A stretch of 64,000 bases of DNA, taken from contig OZ024743.1 in NCBI GenBank assembly GCA_964016885.1, positions 203,856,001-203,920,000 on the forward strand. The letters run 5' to 3'. The position numbers and the translations under genes are program-made. Source of the DNA: Eledone cirrhosa. Lineage: Eukaryota. Below, piece after piece: positions 1-14,134 of this stretch (positions are counted from its first letter, which is position 1; every line of letters begins with the position of its first letter). Under the pieces are notes generated by a model. It did no database searches, was not told the origin of the DNA, and was given only the letters and a program-made list of their open reading frames with translations.

Positions 1-443
1 CAGGAACTGCGCCGGCAGTGACAATTGTAGTTTAGCCTATGGATATTACCTCTGTGCAAAGAAGTGTAGAAATTTATTGTTTCACAGTACTTGCGTAACA
101 CGCGCGTAGACGATGCCAGCCGAACAACAGAGCTGCGATGGAGTTGTTCTGCATGGTTGTCTGTGTTTTCTCATGTGTGTTTTCTAAATTTAAGACAATA
201 GGGAGGGGTGTAATATGGGGGAGAATTAGCTGCTGTTTCTAGCAGGTTTAGTGACCTCATAGAGGATATTATTGTGTATAGTAAATAAACTGATACTTTT
301 TTCTTCCATGTTCGTTGAGAGATGCTTTAAAAAAGATTTATCGCTATTTTTTTTTTGTTGTTGAATAAATGTATCTGTTGCTTTTGAATAATTGTTGTCA
401 TTGAAGTAAATAAATGTTTGACCGTTCTACACTCAAAGACAAA

Positions 444-564
<121 letters not shown>

Positions 565-1407
565 CTAACTCTCTCTCTCTCCTTCATTTCTTTCTCTCTT
601 CCTTCTTCGGCGTTCCTAAAGGAAGTTTGAAGTTTAAGTGTATAAGAGAAAGTTGCATGTATGTAGTTTTATCGAATTTTAAGGAAAGTAGAGAGAGGGA
701 ATCAGATTGTATTAGAGAGCTAAAGCGTCATGTATTTAGCTTTAGCGATTATTTCCGTAATTGTGGGTGGGTTTGAACGAAATAAATAGTCGTTGACCTC
801 AGATAGACCATTTACAACAGTCTTACAGACGTTGACTTGAATCGGTTTGAAATTGTGCAAATCTATAAACATGGAACATGCACACACACAAAACAACAAT
901 TGCCTTTTATAGATAATGATACATATATGTATTGAGTTTTAACATAAGACTTCAAAATTTATAACGTAATGACAAGTGATTAAGTGATTATTCAAATTAC
1001 TGGCATAAAATATTGTGTTCCTCTTTTGTCGAGTCTGCCTTCTTTGGCTGAATTAAACCAGCTGTACAACTTTGAAATTCCTCTAATGCTTTCATTACAC
1101 AACCATTGGTCAATGGAAACCACCAGGAAATAGTAACTGAAATAAAAGATGGATAAATGATTAAGTATGTATTAATGTTCATATACATGTATATGAGTGT
1201 TTGTGTATGCGTGTATTTGTCCATGTGCATATATTTGTGTGTGTAAATGGTTCTGGGGTCTAATTACATTTTGTGCATTTTTCTACAAGTGTCTTCTACT
1301 GTATCTTTTGGTTGACCAATAACTTGTGAGTATAATTATGTAAACAGAGCAGTATGGAATTCAGCCATATGTATGTTTATATATATATGTGTGTATGTGT
1401 ATGTGTG

Positions 1408-1438
<31 letters not shown>

Positions 1439-1440
1439 AT

Positions 1441-1877
<437 letters not shown>

Positions 1878-1928
1878 GTGAAGGAGTGAAGAATAACATG
1901 GTCGGCTGTACAAAAAGGGTTTTATTTA

Positions 1929-2043
1929 CAGTATTAACAATTGTTTCATTGATCAGTTGAGTCTAAAGGACGCTAATCACTCGAAGCTGCATCTATCGAC
2001 CTTGAATACTGTGTGCGTCTCTGATCAAATCATCAGAATACTG
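1929..2043 (-). ncRNA. Type I hammerhead ribozyme with ~82-nt stem II insert
   Basis: CAGTATT-CTGATGA-TTTGATCAG...CTGATCAAT-GAAAC-AATT-GTT/AATACTG; stem I is 7 perfect bp; palindromic loop III. Confidence 0.8.
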
Positions 2044-2279
2044 GAGGGTGTAACACATAGCATTGGTATTTATAGATACATCGGAGAATCAAGTGAATTA
2101 AAACAACCTCTAACGGGATCACCTAACATGTTATCCCATATATATATAATATAAAACGAAAAATCAGTGATGCATCTGAACTCAATTTAACATACTCTGA
2201 TTATATCATACTCTGATGTGTAAGAGCCTAGAGTGTTCAACCGGCATACCGCCTATCGAAGCATCTTAGCTACCATCAG

Positions 2280-2339
<60 letters not shown>

Positions 2340-2387
2340 TATATATATATATATATATAAAGATAATATATATATATATATATATAT

Positions 2388-2932
2388 ATATACTATAAAG
2401 TATGTCCATAGAATCATTTGATAAGATATATACACCATTTCCTCTCCCAGTCAGCATAATCAACTACACAAAAAAATAATTAAACCAGGCTATAAGATTA
2501 AAAGGCACCTATGAAGAAATAATAGATAAATAAACGACAGCCATCTATTCGCGATCAACAGCTATAGAATATTTACCCAGCATTTCAATATCACGTGGAA
2601 ATCGATTAAATATATCGTCAATCATACTCAATTAGGTATAAAATTAAAGTTAGAAGAAAAAATGCATATAAACATACCAGGATTACGTTTCTACCACTTG
2701 GAGTTTCATTCGCTTTTGGAAATATCCGATCAAGGATAAATTCTCGAGCTTCGAAATCATCAGGAAACAAACTCAGATGGCTGTCGTTTATTTATCTATT
2801 ATTTTTTCATAGGTGCCTTTTAATCTTATAGCCTGGTTTAATTGTTTTTTTGTGTGGTTGATTATGATGATGGGAAGAGGAAATGGTGTATATATCTTAT
2901 CAAATGATTCTATAGACATACTTTATCGTATA
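2388..2932. repeat. Fold-back element with ~160-bp inverted arms (2388-2547 / 2775-2932) enclosing a hammerhead
   Basis: Arms are imperfect reverse complements; (TA)n on both sides. Confidence 0.85.
2687..2768 (-). ncRNA. Type I hammerhead ribozyme
   Basis: GTTTC-CTGATGA-TTTCG...CGAAT-GAAAC-TCCAAGTG-GTA/GAAAC; stem I GTTTC:GAAAC. Confidence 0.65.
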
Positions 2933-2992
2933 TTGCTCTGATTATGTAATTAATTAATTCATCATTGAGCCACATCGTGAATGGTTGCCAAA

Positions 2993-3039
<47 letters not shown>

Positions 3040-3139
3040 CTTTGTCTAGTTTGTGTATATGTAAATCTTTATATATATATATATATATATATATTAATTC
3101 AAAATATTAATAAATATAGAGATTCACTTAATCAAAATA

Positions 3140-3205
3140 TATTTTATTATATATATTTCGGAGGTACTGTGCAGTTTTTTCAGTACGCCCTCATCAGATA
3201 AAATA
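3140..3205 (-). ncRNA. Type I hammerhead ribozyme (same family as 31572-31637)
   Basis: TATTTTAT-CTGATGA-GGGCGTACTG..CAGTACCTCC-GAAA-T-ATAT-ATA/ATAAAATA. Confidence 0.8.
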
Positions 3206-3426
3206 CATAAAATGACGTATGACATGTCTCAATTGTGCTGATGGTTCAATTCCAGTCATGGCAGTCAAGACTGTTTAACTTTTGGTCATATATATATATA
3301 TATATAAATACAAATATGTATACGTACATACATATATGTATACAGACGCACGGTAGTATGTATATACATGCATACATACACACACACATATATATATATA
3401 TGTACCTATGGGTTTAACGAACATTT

Positions 3427-3481
<55 letters not shown>

Positions 3482-3493
3482 ATATTATATATA

Positions 3494-3544
<51 letters not shown>

Positions 3545-3606
3545 ATATTATATATATATATATTATATATATATATATATTATATATATATATATTATAT
3601 ATATAT

Positions 3607-3640
<34 letters not shown>

Positions 3641-3656
3641 ATGTATATATATATAT

Positions 3657-3712
<56 letters not shown>

Positions 3713-3726
3713 TGTATATATATTAA

Positions 3727-3770
<44 letters not shown>

Positions 3771-3773
3771 TAA

Positions 3774-3856
<83 letters not shown>

Positions 3857-4011
3857 AGCAAGATGTATGGTAGGTCGTATGTGAATCGCGATGATCACGT
3901 CTGACCTACCAAATATGCGACGGTAGCTAGTTAAGCTCTATGCGTATAAGCAGACCAGAAATATTAAGGAAAAAGAACAAAGGAACTATTATGACATTAT
4001 AACAAGTTTAT

Positions 4012-4058
4012 TGCCGACAGCCGTTTCGTCCGACCATATGGTGGGACTTTTCAAGGCA
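4012..4058 (-). ncRNA. Type I hammerhead ribozyme, U3-A8 core variant
   Basis: TGCC-TTGAAAA-GTCC-CACCATATGGTC-GGAC-GAAAC-GGCT-GTC/GGCA; all three stems pair. Confidence 0.7.
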
Positions 4059-5119
4059 TATAACATGTGATTGTAAGTTCATTATTTACATCAACGTATC
4101 ACTTAAGACTAGCAGTTTGAAATTGTGGTATACATCAGCAGCTCCGATTGTATATTTGGGGTCTATATTCTAAGAGGGCTCTTTTATATTAGTTGTCGGA
4201 ATTGTAAAAGGGATGGGTTATGGGGAGTTAAGAGAATTTGAAAATGGCCTAAGAGTTAGGAATTAAAGGTTAAAAATTAGATAATTTATAATTTACGCAT
4301 TAAAAGTAACAGACTTGGGATCTCGTAGAAGCACCTTAAAAAATCCCTCAATAAGTGCATAAAGCTTACAAGCCCCAATAAACTTAACAAACTAGAAGAG
4401 ATTAAGAGACTAATAAAATAAAAAAATAAAGATATAAAGTTTCCCAAGAAGTTCCTTCGAGAGAAAAAAATTTCTTTCGAAAGAAAAAAACCTTCTTCCC
4501 CAGAGATCTAGTTAAAAAATTTCAGAAAATTTACGAAGTTTTGATAATCCCTACTAAGTTGAATAAACTAATCAATTAAAGGTTAATTCAAAAAGCCTTC
4601 AATAAACCCCTCAGAAAAGGCCCCTTTAATATTTTTAATAGGAACTTCCTCCGAGAGACCCTTCGAAGAATTAAAATTTTAGAGAGCCTTTAAGGATATA
4701 TATAAACGAATTGAGGAAAATTATAAATTAAAAGTTAAAAATTACGGTATTTGGGATATCCGAGGAATTTTCAAAGGGCTGCTTCAACAGATACAACTTA
4801 GGTATAATAGATAAAACAATTTAAGTAATTTAAGTAATTTAATTAGGGAGCAATTCAAAGAGCTTATCAAGTTGGGCAAGATTAAAGAAAATTATATAAG
4901 CAAAAAGACAATAATTATAAAATGTATTTTTAAAAGACAATAATTATAAAATGTATTTTTAAGAAGGTATAAGGTAGCTTCAGTAATCTAATAATGTACT
5001 ATCAAAAAATTATTATAAAATTATCACAAAATTATTATAAAATTATTATAAAATTATTACAAAATTATCATAAAACTATTGATACAGGATTAAAAAAAAT
5101 TACTATAAAATTATTGATT

Positions 5120-5365
5120 AACAAAGACATAATAATATATTCCTGCCTAATTAACAAAAAATCAATAAACAATTAACAGTCAAGCAAAATTAGCTCAGGG
5201 ATATCCCGCTCTCGGATACTTTACACACATACAGCATCACATATGATCAACAAAGACATAATGGTATACTCCTGCGTAATTAACAAACAATCAATTAACC
5301 ATTGATAGTCAAGAAAATGTACTCAGGGATATCCCACGCACGGATACTTTGCACACATACAGCAA
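5120..5365 (+). repeat. Two diverged ~128-bp direct repeats, preceded by AAAATTATTAT 11-mer repeats
   Basis: AACAAAGACATAAT...CTCAGGGATATCCC...CGGATACTTT...CACACATACAGCA occurs twice. Confidence 0.75.
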
Positions 5366-5815
5366 GATAAACAATACAGGTGACCTTGTGGGCGCGATAT
5401 CCATTATGCGTATGTAGTCATCTGCATAGCTCCAGGCACATTCGGTCTTGTTTAAAAGTTCAGAGTTCACGAATCAACTGGGATTCACTATCAGCTGCGT
5501 GGACTCTCTGGGAAATGTACCTGTGGATCAAATAGCTAGTGGTTGCTGGGTGTGGTCCGTTCGATCTTTTAGTTTCGGGGATTGCACGCTGCCGGTTCTA
5601 AATCCAAGGTCTTGCTGCATAGGATGTATATATACACATATACATATATACTTATATATCTCGTATATATATATAAACATGTATATATATAAACATGTAT
5701 ATATATATATAAACACATATATATATACATATATATATATAAGTAGAAGCTTAGTAAAATCGAAGCTTTGTCTGTGGGCAAGTAAGTCGACCTACAATAT
5801 GAATGAGTTAGCAAA

Positions 5816-5859
<44 letters not shown>

Positions 5860-5904
5860 ATGTACATATATATACATATATATAAACATGTACATATACA
5901 TATA

Positions 5905-5956
<52 letters not shown>

Positions 5957-5959
<3 letters not shown>

Positions 5960-6262
5960 GTTTTTACATTTGGCACAAGGCCAGCAATTACCCAGTACAT
6001 TACTGGTACTTTATTTTATCGACCCCGTAAGGATGAAAGGCAAAGTTAACCTCGGCGGGATTTTAACTCAGATCGTAAAGAGCCGTAACTCTATGCTGCA
6101 AAGCATGGCGTCCGACCCTCTACCGATACTGCCAATCCAACTCTTATATATAATGATTTCTAGTATAGGCACAAGGCCAGTAATTTTGGGGGAGGGGAAA
6201 GTCGATTAGATCGACCACAGTACATTACTGGTGCTTTATTTTATCGACCTTGTAAGGATGAC
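5957..6262 (-). mobile_element. tRNA-derived SINE family B (one near-full and one partial copy); duplicated at 7428-7733
   Basis: Minus strand TGGCAGTATCGG...GAGTTAAAATCCCGCCGAGGTTAACTTTGCCTTTCATCCTTACGGGGTCGATAAAATAAAGTACCAGT; many copies in the window. Confidence 0.8.
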
Positions 6263-6285
6263 AGTATATATATATATATATATTT

Positions 6286-6473
6286 ATAAGAACAAAAGGG
6301 AGGTGTTACATCAAAAGAATTTAATGATCAGTCATGATCCGGGTTAATATTCCAGATCTGCCTGATCTGGAATATTAATATGGATCATGAGCTGACTATT
6401 TGTGAAACGAAACAATTGTAACCGTAACAGATGAATGAATTATTGATGTAGCACCTCCCTTTTGTTCTTATTA
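6286..6473. repeat. Nested fold-back (35-bp outer arms, long inner hairpin) with a decapitated hammerhead; duplicated at ~7757-7945
   Basis: ATAAGAACAAAAGGGAGGTGTTACATCAA ... TTGATGTAGCACCTCCCTTTTGTTCTTAT; inner TTAATATTCCAGATC/GATCTGGAATATTAA; GAAACAATTGTA. Confidence 0.75.
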
Positions 6474-6581
6474 TATACACTTTGCACTAGCGTTGAGTGC
6501 TGACTTTGGTACCCTTACTTTTGTTATCTTAGCAATTTAATTTTCTTTCTAATGCATTGTTTGATTTTCAAAATTATTTAA

Positions 6582-6674
<93 letters not shown>

Positions 6675-6913
6675 TGAGTATTAGGTGTTAACAAAAGTTA
6701 CAGACGGCATCCTGTCAGAAGCACTCAACGCTGTTTAGAGGTCCGTTTTGCTTGGGTTGTGTTCCAGAGTCATGGCTGTAGTGTGCAGAGTGTAAATATA
6801 TTTAAGAGTCGAAGTCAGTTTTGCAGCAAATGTACAAAGTTTTGTAATATACAAACAATTGTAATATACAAATAAAGTTTGTACATGTGCTGCAACACTG
6901 ACATTGAGTTTAT

Positions 6914-6986
<73 letters not shown>

Positions 6987-7170
6987 TGTGTGTATGCCTT
7001 TATAATTTTCTATATATTATTTTTCTTACATATTAATTTTTATATAATTTTATATTAATTTTTATATAATTTTTATATAATTTTATATAATTTTTTCCGT
7101 TATTTTTCCAGCCTCACTCCCAATTTTTAAGAGATTTTAAATCTTATTTCATATTTTCTATTCATAACAT

Positions 7171-7232
7171 CTCTGTCTGATGAACGATCTAGACGTATAT
7201 TGTCTAGGGTCCTGAAACCTTTGGTAATGGAG
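7171..7232 (+). ncRNA. Type I hammerhead ribozyme
   Basis: CTCTGT-CTGATGA-..TCTAGAC GTATATT GTCTAGG..-GAAAC-CTTTG-GTA/ATGGAG; stem I pairs with two G-U wobbles. Confidence 0.7.
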
Positions 7233-7266
7233 TAGTTGTATATTGTGTTGTTCACTTTCTAATTAA

Positions 7267-7352
<86 letters not shown>

Positions 7353-7386
7353 ATGTACATATATATACATATATATAAACATGTAC

Positions 7387-7430
<44 letters not shown>

Positions 7431-8052
7431 GTTTTTACATTTGGCACAAGGCCAGCAATTACCCAGTACATTACTGGTACTTTATTTTATCGACCCCGTA
7501 AGGATGAAAGGCAAAGTTAACCTCGGCGGGATTTTAACTCAGATCGTAAAGGGCCGTAACTCTATGCTGCAAAGCATGGCGTCCGACCCTCTACCGATAC
7601 TGCCAATCCAACCCTTATATATAATGATTTCTAGTATAGGCACAAGGCCAGTAATTTTAGAGGAGGGGAAAGTCGATTAAATCGACCACAGTACATTACT
7701 GGTGCTTTATTTTATCGACCTTGTAAGGATGACAGTATATATATATATATATATTTATAAGAACAAAAGGGAGGTGTTACATCAAAAGAATTTAATGATC
7801 AGTCATGATCGGGGTTAATATTCCAGATCTGCCTGATCTGGAATATTAATATGGATCATGAGCTGACTATTTGTGAAACGAAACAATTGTAACCGTAACA
7901 GATGAATGAATTATTGATGTAGCACCTCCCTTTTGTTCTTATTATATACACTTTGCACTAGCGTTGAGTGCTGACTTTGGTACCCTTACTTTTGTTATCT
8001 TAGCAATTTAATTTTCTTTCTAATGCATTGTTTGATTTTCAAAATGATTTAA

Positions 8053-8105
<53 letters not shown>

Positions 8106-8347
8106 TGAGTATTAGGTGTTAACAAAAGTTACAGACGGCATCCTGTCAGAAGCACTCAACGCTGTTTAGAGGTCCGTTTTGCTTGGGTTGTGTTCCAGAG
8201 TCATGGCTGTAGTGTGCAGAGTGTAAATATATTTAAGAGTCGAAGTCAGTTTTGCAGCAAATGTACAAACTTTTGTAATATACAAACAATTGTAATATAC
8301 AAATAAAGTTTGTACATGTGCTGCAACACTGACATTGAGTTTATATA

Positions 8348-8420
<73 letters not shown>

Positions 8421-8618
8421 GAATGTGTGTATGCCTTTATAATTTTCTATATATTTTTGATATATTATTTTTCTTACATATTAATTTTTATATAATTTTA
8501 TATTAATTTTTATATAATTTTTATATAATTTTATATAATTTTTTCCGTTATTTTTCCAGCCTCACTCCCAATTTTTAAGAGATTTTAAATCTTATTTCAT
8601 ATGTTCTATTCATAACAT

Positions 8619-8680
8619 CTCTGTCTGATGAACGATCTAGACGTATATTGTCTAGGGTCCTGAAACCTTTGGTAATGGAG
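8619..8680 (+). ncRNA. Type I hammerhead ribozyme (duplicate of 7171-7232)
   Basis: Identical sequence in the second tandem unit. Confidence 0.7.
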
Positions 8681-8714
8681 TAGTTGTATATTGTGTTGTT
8701 CACTTTCTAATTAA

Positions 8715-8909
<195 letters not shown>

Positions 8910-9456
8910 TTAGTAAAACCCTGCTGCGATTGCTTGTTTGCTTGTCTGTAAGGAAGATGACACTGAAATGGGGATACAAATGGAATAAAACAAGTTTCGC
9001 TTAAATCGGACCCCAGATTTTCCGGGTACCTTCAGAGAGGAAGAGATATTGGTTGTGAGAGAGTAGATTGTAAGAGAGACATAGAGAGAGGGAGAGAAGA
9101 CAGAGAAGGAGAATGGAAGAGAGCTGGTGGTATTGTTGTGTATATATGTTGTTGTGTATATATGGTGGTGTGTGTATATATTTATATATATGTGTGTGTC
9201 TATGACAAGTGCATGTTGATCACCGACACCCACATATATATATATATATATATATACACATGCATATACATATATATATATATTTATATATACATACATA
9301 CACACATGTATATATATGGGCCTTCCAGTTTAATTTCACATTTATATACATGTCTGTGTATATTTTAATTATTTAAAAATTATTTTATTTTTAAGTGAAC
9401 ATGATTTGTTTTTATATTTTCAAATGAACGTGACCCAACGAATCACAGGTGGTATG

Positions 9457-9528
<72 letters not shown>

Positions 9529-9530
<2 letters not shown>

Positions 9531-11573
9531 ATAAGTAACGTGATCAAAGATATGAAGACAGGCAAGGCGTCTCGGCCGTCGGAAATAGTTGCTGAAATGC
9601 TGAAAACATCTGGAACGGTGGGACACACTATGGTCACCCGGATAGTAAACCAAGTCATACAGAATGGGGTCGTTCCGAAGGACTGGCGTAGCAGCAGCAT
9701 CATTAACTGCTACAAGGGTAAAGGAGATGCCCTAGATAGGGGAAACTATAGAGGCATTAAATTAATTGACCAGGTCATGAAGGTCACATAAAAAGTAATA
9801 GCGCAACTAATCAGAGAGCGAATTGATCTAGATGAAATGCAGTTCGGGTTTGTGTCACGTAAAAGTAACATGGACGCTCTTTTCATTGTACAACTACAGG
9901 AGAAGTGCCTAGCTAAAAGTAAACCCCTATACTTAGCTTTTGTTGACTTGGAGAAAGCCTTTGACAGAGTCCCCCGCTCCATTATCTGGTAGGCTCTTAG
10001 AAAACTAGGTGTTTATGAATGGTTTGTGAGAGCTATACAAGCCATGTATAAAGAAACAGTCAGCAAGTTTAGAATTAACAACGAATATAGTGAAGTGTTT
10101 AGCGTAAAAGTTGGTGTTCATCAGGGCTCCGTCCTTAGCCCCCTACTATTTATTATTGCCCTTCAGGCTATAACAGAGGAGTTGAAGACTGGCTGCCCAT
10201 GGGATCTCCTATACGCAGATGATCTAACGCTCGTAGCTGAATCAATGGCTGAACTAGAGAAGAAATTCCAAACATGTAAGCATGGCCTAGAATCAAAAGG
10301 CCTTACAATTAACCTGTCTAGGACTAAAGTTCTAGTTTGTAGGAAGGAAAATAGGGCACTGGTCCCATCTGGGAAATAGCCATGCTCAGTGTGGAGGAAA
10401 GGAGTAGGCAGAAACTCCATTTTATGTCCCAAATGCAAAGTATGGGTGCATAAAATATGTAGTGGGATCACAGGTAAGCTATCTAAAAATATAGATTTTA
10501 TATATGGCCAGTGCTCAGGTGCAATAAGTAGCAGCAAGTGCCCACAGAATACTAGCTCATTCCATTGCGCAGATGGTTCTATAGTAATAGTCGACACCTT
10601 CCGTTACCTGGGTGACAAAATCAGCAGTGGTGGAGAGTGCTCTGAAAGTACAGTAGCTTGAATCAGAATGGGATCGAATAAGTTCAGAGAGCTTATACCC
10701 CTATTGGCCGCTAAAGGGTTCTCTCTAAAAATGAAAGACAGGCTGTATGATGCCTGCATACGAACAACAATGTTACATGGCAGTGAGACTTGGGCATTGT
10801 TCGCAGAGGATATACGCAGAATGGAGAGGAACGAAGCTTGCATGCTCCGCTGGATGTGTAATAGTAATATACATAAACGGCAAAGCATAAATGAACTAAG
10901 GGAGAAATTAGGAATAAGAGGATCAGATGTTGTTTACTCGAGAGAAGAATACGTTGGTATGGTCACGTGATGCGCATGAAAGACGACAGCTGTATAAAAA
11001 AGTGCAGGGCGATCAAAATAGACGGTAGCCACGGAGTAGGCAGACCCAGAAAAACCTGGGACGACTTGATAAATTCCGACCTCACACACTTACACCTCTC
11101 CAAGACAATGTCACTGAACCGAGATTTTTGGCGCTACACAGTAATACAGAAGACCCGCCTTGCCTAAGTACAAAGCGAAACCTACAGTCAGTAGGCACCT
11201 CTTAACCAAAATACACCCCTGTCCCACTACCCCCACCCATCCACACCACCCTTTCGATGTAAAGTTATGTTGGTACCACAACATCCAGTCCGAAATAAAT
11301 GAGGTTGTGTAGGTGTCACGAGAAAAAAACACACAGTCCACACTGTAATGTGGCCGTGTAGGTAACACGGTAAAAACCTCCCAGTCCACACTGTAAATGT
11401 GGTTGGTGTTAGAAAGGACATCCAGCCGTAGAAACAGTCCTATACGAGCAAGTATATACAGCCGTAGAAACAGTCCTATATGAGCAAGACAACCAATCTT
11501 GCCTTAAGTGGGAAAATTCCCGTCCAAACCCATGGTAGCGTGGAAGATGGACGTTAAACGATGATGATGATGA
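9529..11573 (+). mobile_element. 5'-truncated, mutated RTE-clade LINE (same family as 24846-29415)
   Basis: RT motifs NYRGIKLI, VGVHQGSVLSP, YADD, FRYLG, GRPRKTW broken by stops and frameshifts; ends ACGTTAAACG(ATG)n then (TA)n. Confidence 0.93.
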
Positions 11574-11659
11574 TATATATACATATATATATATATGTAT
11601 ATACATATACATATATATACATATATATATGTATATACATATATATACATATATATATA

Positions 11660-11729
<70 letters not shown>

Positions 11730-11732
<3 letters not shown>

Positions 11733-14130
11733 TGAGTCCTCGATATACGGTATACATGCGTTCCTGAAACCCTTACCGTATATCGAATTACCGTATAAAG
11801 GACTCATTGTAACATGAAATAGATAGGGATGCGTTCCAGCACATCGAAAACTCATCCCTACAGAAAAGAAATAATGTTCTTTTTTTATTTACTGTACCTT
11901 ACACATGCCGGGTAGTCCATCAGATGATGTGCCACTTCATTTGTCCCTCCCGAGACTAAGGGACAGTATGGGTTTCAGCCCTTACTCATCTTGGGCTGAG
12001 TTGGCAGGGGAGAATGAAGGTGATGTGGGAGGCTCAAAACCACCAAACTCGTTGACTGCAGTGGATGTTGAAGGGCCAGCTGTAGCACGGTTTTCAGGTG
12101 TAACTGGCTTGAAGAAAGAGTAGATGGAGGACTGTTTGGCGATGTTTCTTTTGGCTTCATACATTTCTTGGTAAATCTTGATGCTTTTCTCGACGTCTTG
12201 AGCCACTTTGCTGCTCCTAGCAGGGTTGGGGGTCACGCTCATTCAGGTTTCTAAGATTGTTTCGATACTCGCGAGATATTCTCTTAGAGTTTTTATGCCC
12301 AGGCCATGCACAGGCCTTCGTCCTCCTCTTCTTCTTTTTCTGTCTCCTGTATCGCCATGTCTAGTTCTATGAGTTCATCATTGGAAAGTGGTTCAGCGTG
12401 GCTTTCCAAAAGGTCTTGCACATCATCATCATTAACACCATCGAAGCCAGCTCTATGGCAGAGATTTACAATATCTTTTTTTATCGCACCAATGTCCTCA
12501 GCAAAGCCTTGGAAGTCGTTCACACATGCTGGCCATAATTTCTTCCAGGCCATGGTAGACTGCTTAACTTCTTTCCAAGATGCCTTGATGTTGTCTAAGC
12601 CGTGCTTGATGTTGTACAATTTCTACTATTCACTGATCGTGGGCTTGTCAGGCCCATATGTGCCCTTTATCAGCTGCTGCATGGTTCTCTGCTGGTAGTA
12701 TGCCTTAAATGTTTTGATGACTATTTGATCCATCGGCTGAATGAGAGCTGTGGTGTTGGGGGTGGGGGGGACAAAACCTCTATATTTTCTGACCAGTCTT
12801 CCATTGCCCGTGGGTGGCTGAAGGCGTTGTCCACTAATAGCAGAAAACGGTTGGCAATGCTGTTAGCTAAGGCATATTCCTTAAGGTTTGGTGACAGATA
12901 TGAGGTGAAAAAATCCTGGTGAATTGAAGTGATCAGCCATGCCTTCTTATTAGACTTCCATATCACTGGTAGGTATTGCTTAATTAACCCCTTGAGTGCT
13001 CTTGGAGTTTCAGAATGGTAGATAATGAGTGGCTTTAGCTATAAATCTCCTTCTGCATTCCCTCCAAGAGACAGAGTAACGCGGTACTTTGAGGCTTTGT
13101 GACCCTTCGCACTTTTCTCCTCCTTGTCAATTACTGGTATTACTGGTCATCTTTTTCCAATAAAGTTCTGTTTCATCATAATTAATAACCTGCTTTTTTT
13201 CTGTACCCCTTCTCTGCAATGCATTTCTCTAACTCTGCCTTGAATTTTTCGGCACTCTCTTTGTCGGAACTGGCAGCCTCACCTGTAACTGTTATGTTGT
13301 GAAGACTCGAACATCGTTTGAACTTATCAAACCAGCCTTTGATTGCCTTGAATACAAAGTCCTCCACCCCCATTTCAGTCTTGAGCCTGTCAATAATGGA
13401 CAATGCTTTCTCACTGATTACATTTAAAGACAGAGGCATATTTTGACGATTTTGGTCGTCGATCCAAATTTTGAGCAACGTTTCCATCCTATCCATAATC
13501 GGCACACGATGTTTGGTCAACAATTTAGTCTGTAGACTCGTAGTATTCTCCCCAGCTTTTTTTGACAGCCTCACTATTTTTTAAATCAGTCCAGACTGTA
13601 GACTGGGCTAGGCCTAAGTTACGACTTATGGCGGACGTACTTTGCCCCTGTTCCTTCCTTTTCAAAATGTCCAGCTTTATCTCCAAAGTCAGGCTCTTCC
13701 TCATGCGTTTGGCATTTCCATCTGCATCAGCAATATTCACAGGGCGTTTTGGAGCCATGAGATATGGGGTTATAAGATATGCCGTGATAATTATGCTTCA
13801 AAAACACGCCGTCGGGTTTTCTCTTACTTTGAATAACGTCATAACTCTTAACTGATCACTTCAGTTTGGCAAAAATTCTCTCACTGAGAGGACACGCTGG
13901 TTTGCCGAACTGAAGTAATCAGCTAAGAGTTATGACGTCATCTATCGATATCTGAACTCGCTCGTGATTGGCCAGTTTCTCGGTAAGGTCAGTTAGTACG
14001 ATAGCAGTACTAACACAATTTTCCTAGAATTCGAATAGCAGTCAGTTTCCACGAATTCAAGGGGGAATGTATTGCTTACTACAGGTGGCGCTACGTTACA
14101 ATATAAACAAAACACGACCAAAAACCGTAT
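11730..14130 (-). mobile_element. Tigger/pogo-like DNA transposon with pseudogenised transposase
   Basis: TA+CAGTGAGTCCTCGATATACGG end; ORF pieces 13525-13758 (RKSLTLEIKLDIL HTH), 13182-13574 (CENP-B-like HTH, GWFDKFK, GEAASSD), 12721-12966 (WKSNKKAW, LLLVDNA DDE); other TIR not seen. Confidence 0.88.
13834..13940. repeat. ~40-bp inverted repeat upstream of the Tigger transposase start
   Basis: ACGTCATAACTCTTAACTGATCACTTCAGTTTGGCAAA vs TTTGCCGAACTGAAGTAATCAGCTAAGAGTTATGACGT. Confidence 0.8.
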
Positions 14131-14134
14131 TACA

